64,000 nucleotides of DNA from Amoebidium appalachense. Lineage: Eukaryota > Protista > Ichthyosporea. This document shows positions 63,041 to 64,000 of the stretch, in pieces. The notes beneath the pieces were generated by a model, which saw only the letters and a program-made list of their open reading frames with translations, did not search any database and had not been told where the DNA came from. The stretch's first letter is position 1. The number at the start of each line of letters is the position of its first letter. The stretch lies in contig CAVNZM010000012.1 of the NCBI GenBank assembly GCA_963693365.1, forward strand, positions 5,778,889 to 5,842,888, written 5' to 3'. Position numbers and translations under genes: made by a program.

Positions 63041-63795
63041 TTAGCACGGGCCTAGCCCCCTACCTGCCTGGTCCCCCTCTGGGAGTGATTCACCAAAACG
63101 CCATTATTCCTGAAATTATTCCTGATACACTCCTGAGTTTTCGCCAAGCTAAAGTATTTTAGATCACATCAACCGGAAAAGTGTCAGATGAACCTTCCCC
63201 CCCCCCCCCCCCCCCTCCTCCCCAAGATAATCGCTGGGCCCGCTGGCGCAGGGGGCACGTTCTTAGACTATGAGCAGCAAAATCTAAATTTCGGGTGAGA
63301 ATGCATTCAGGGTGTCGATGCAATCCACCACCTGCCAACCCTGTGGCCATGCTCACCACGCCATCCATATCAACCATCCTAATCCTCTGACCTATTCGTC
63401 TAAGCTCCCCCTCCCCCCCCCCCCTCCCCCTCCCCCCTTCCCCCCCACGCACCGAACCACCATAACCATCCCGCGCATCAAAACACCCACCCGCCCACTC
63501 ACCCACCCATACACATCCACCCACCCAATAAACAACCCATACACACCCACCCACACGCCCACCCACCCATCACATGCACCCGGACCCACCTGAGCGTGTC
63601 CGGGCCTAGGCCTCTTAACAACAGGGACACCAGATGCATGGCCCCACGGCGCACCTGCAACACAGTCAGTCTGAGGTCTTAATGCTGTCCGTGACCATGG
63701 CTCTAGCGGTTACACAGAGAACGAAACCTGGATCATACACAACAGTTACACATATATTACGGTAACCTTGCCTATTACGTTCATCAGCAATCCCC

Positions 63796-63826
<31 letters not shown>

Positions 63827-63867
63827 AACCTTTCTAAAGAAAAACGGAGGGAGAGGGGGTGGTGGGT

Positions 63868-63898
<31 letters not shown>

Positions 63899-64000
63899 GG
63901 GATGGAGAGAAGAAGAGAGCAAAAAAGGAGAGAGAACGAGCGCAAGAGAGATACAGGAGCAAGAAAGAGAGGACAAGGCAATAAAAGCAATCATGTAACC

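Overview
Intron-rich eukaryotic genomic DNA, not prokaryotic. Most ORF-track entries are translations of (CA)n/(GT)n microsatellites and poly-G/poly-C tracts; the real genes had to be spliced by hand from GT..AG introns with CTRAC-type branch points. The gene content suggests a unicellular holozoan, possibly an ichthyosporean (inference only). Genes in order: 3' end of an unidentified + strand gene; PPPDE/DeSI peptidase (-); intronless SDR oxidoreductase (-); Nup43-like WD40 protein (-); secreted His-brace LPMO-like protein (+); RH(RGS-like)-C1-DH-PH RhoGEF (-), head-to-head with a 2x cyclic-nucleotide-binding / PPxY-repeat / F-box / LRR protein (+); a decayed LINE reverse transcriptase (-); a FabV/Euglena-TER-type trans-2-enoyl-CoA reductase with a likely mitochondrial presequence (-); and a spliced pseudogene resembling the Cys-rich P2X7-ballast/Nanor domain (-). 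Also present are a TIR+TSD non-autonomous DNA transposon beside a splice acceptor, two further foldback elements, an intronic triple-arm hairpin, and many intron-private minisatellites anchored at splice sites. The strongest candidate for an undescribed system is the putative cyclic-nucleotide-gated ubiquitin-ligase adaptor. Exon borders are manual and approximate, and homopolymer indels probably affect some frames.
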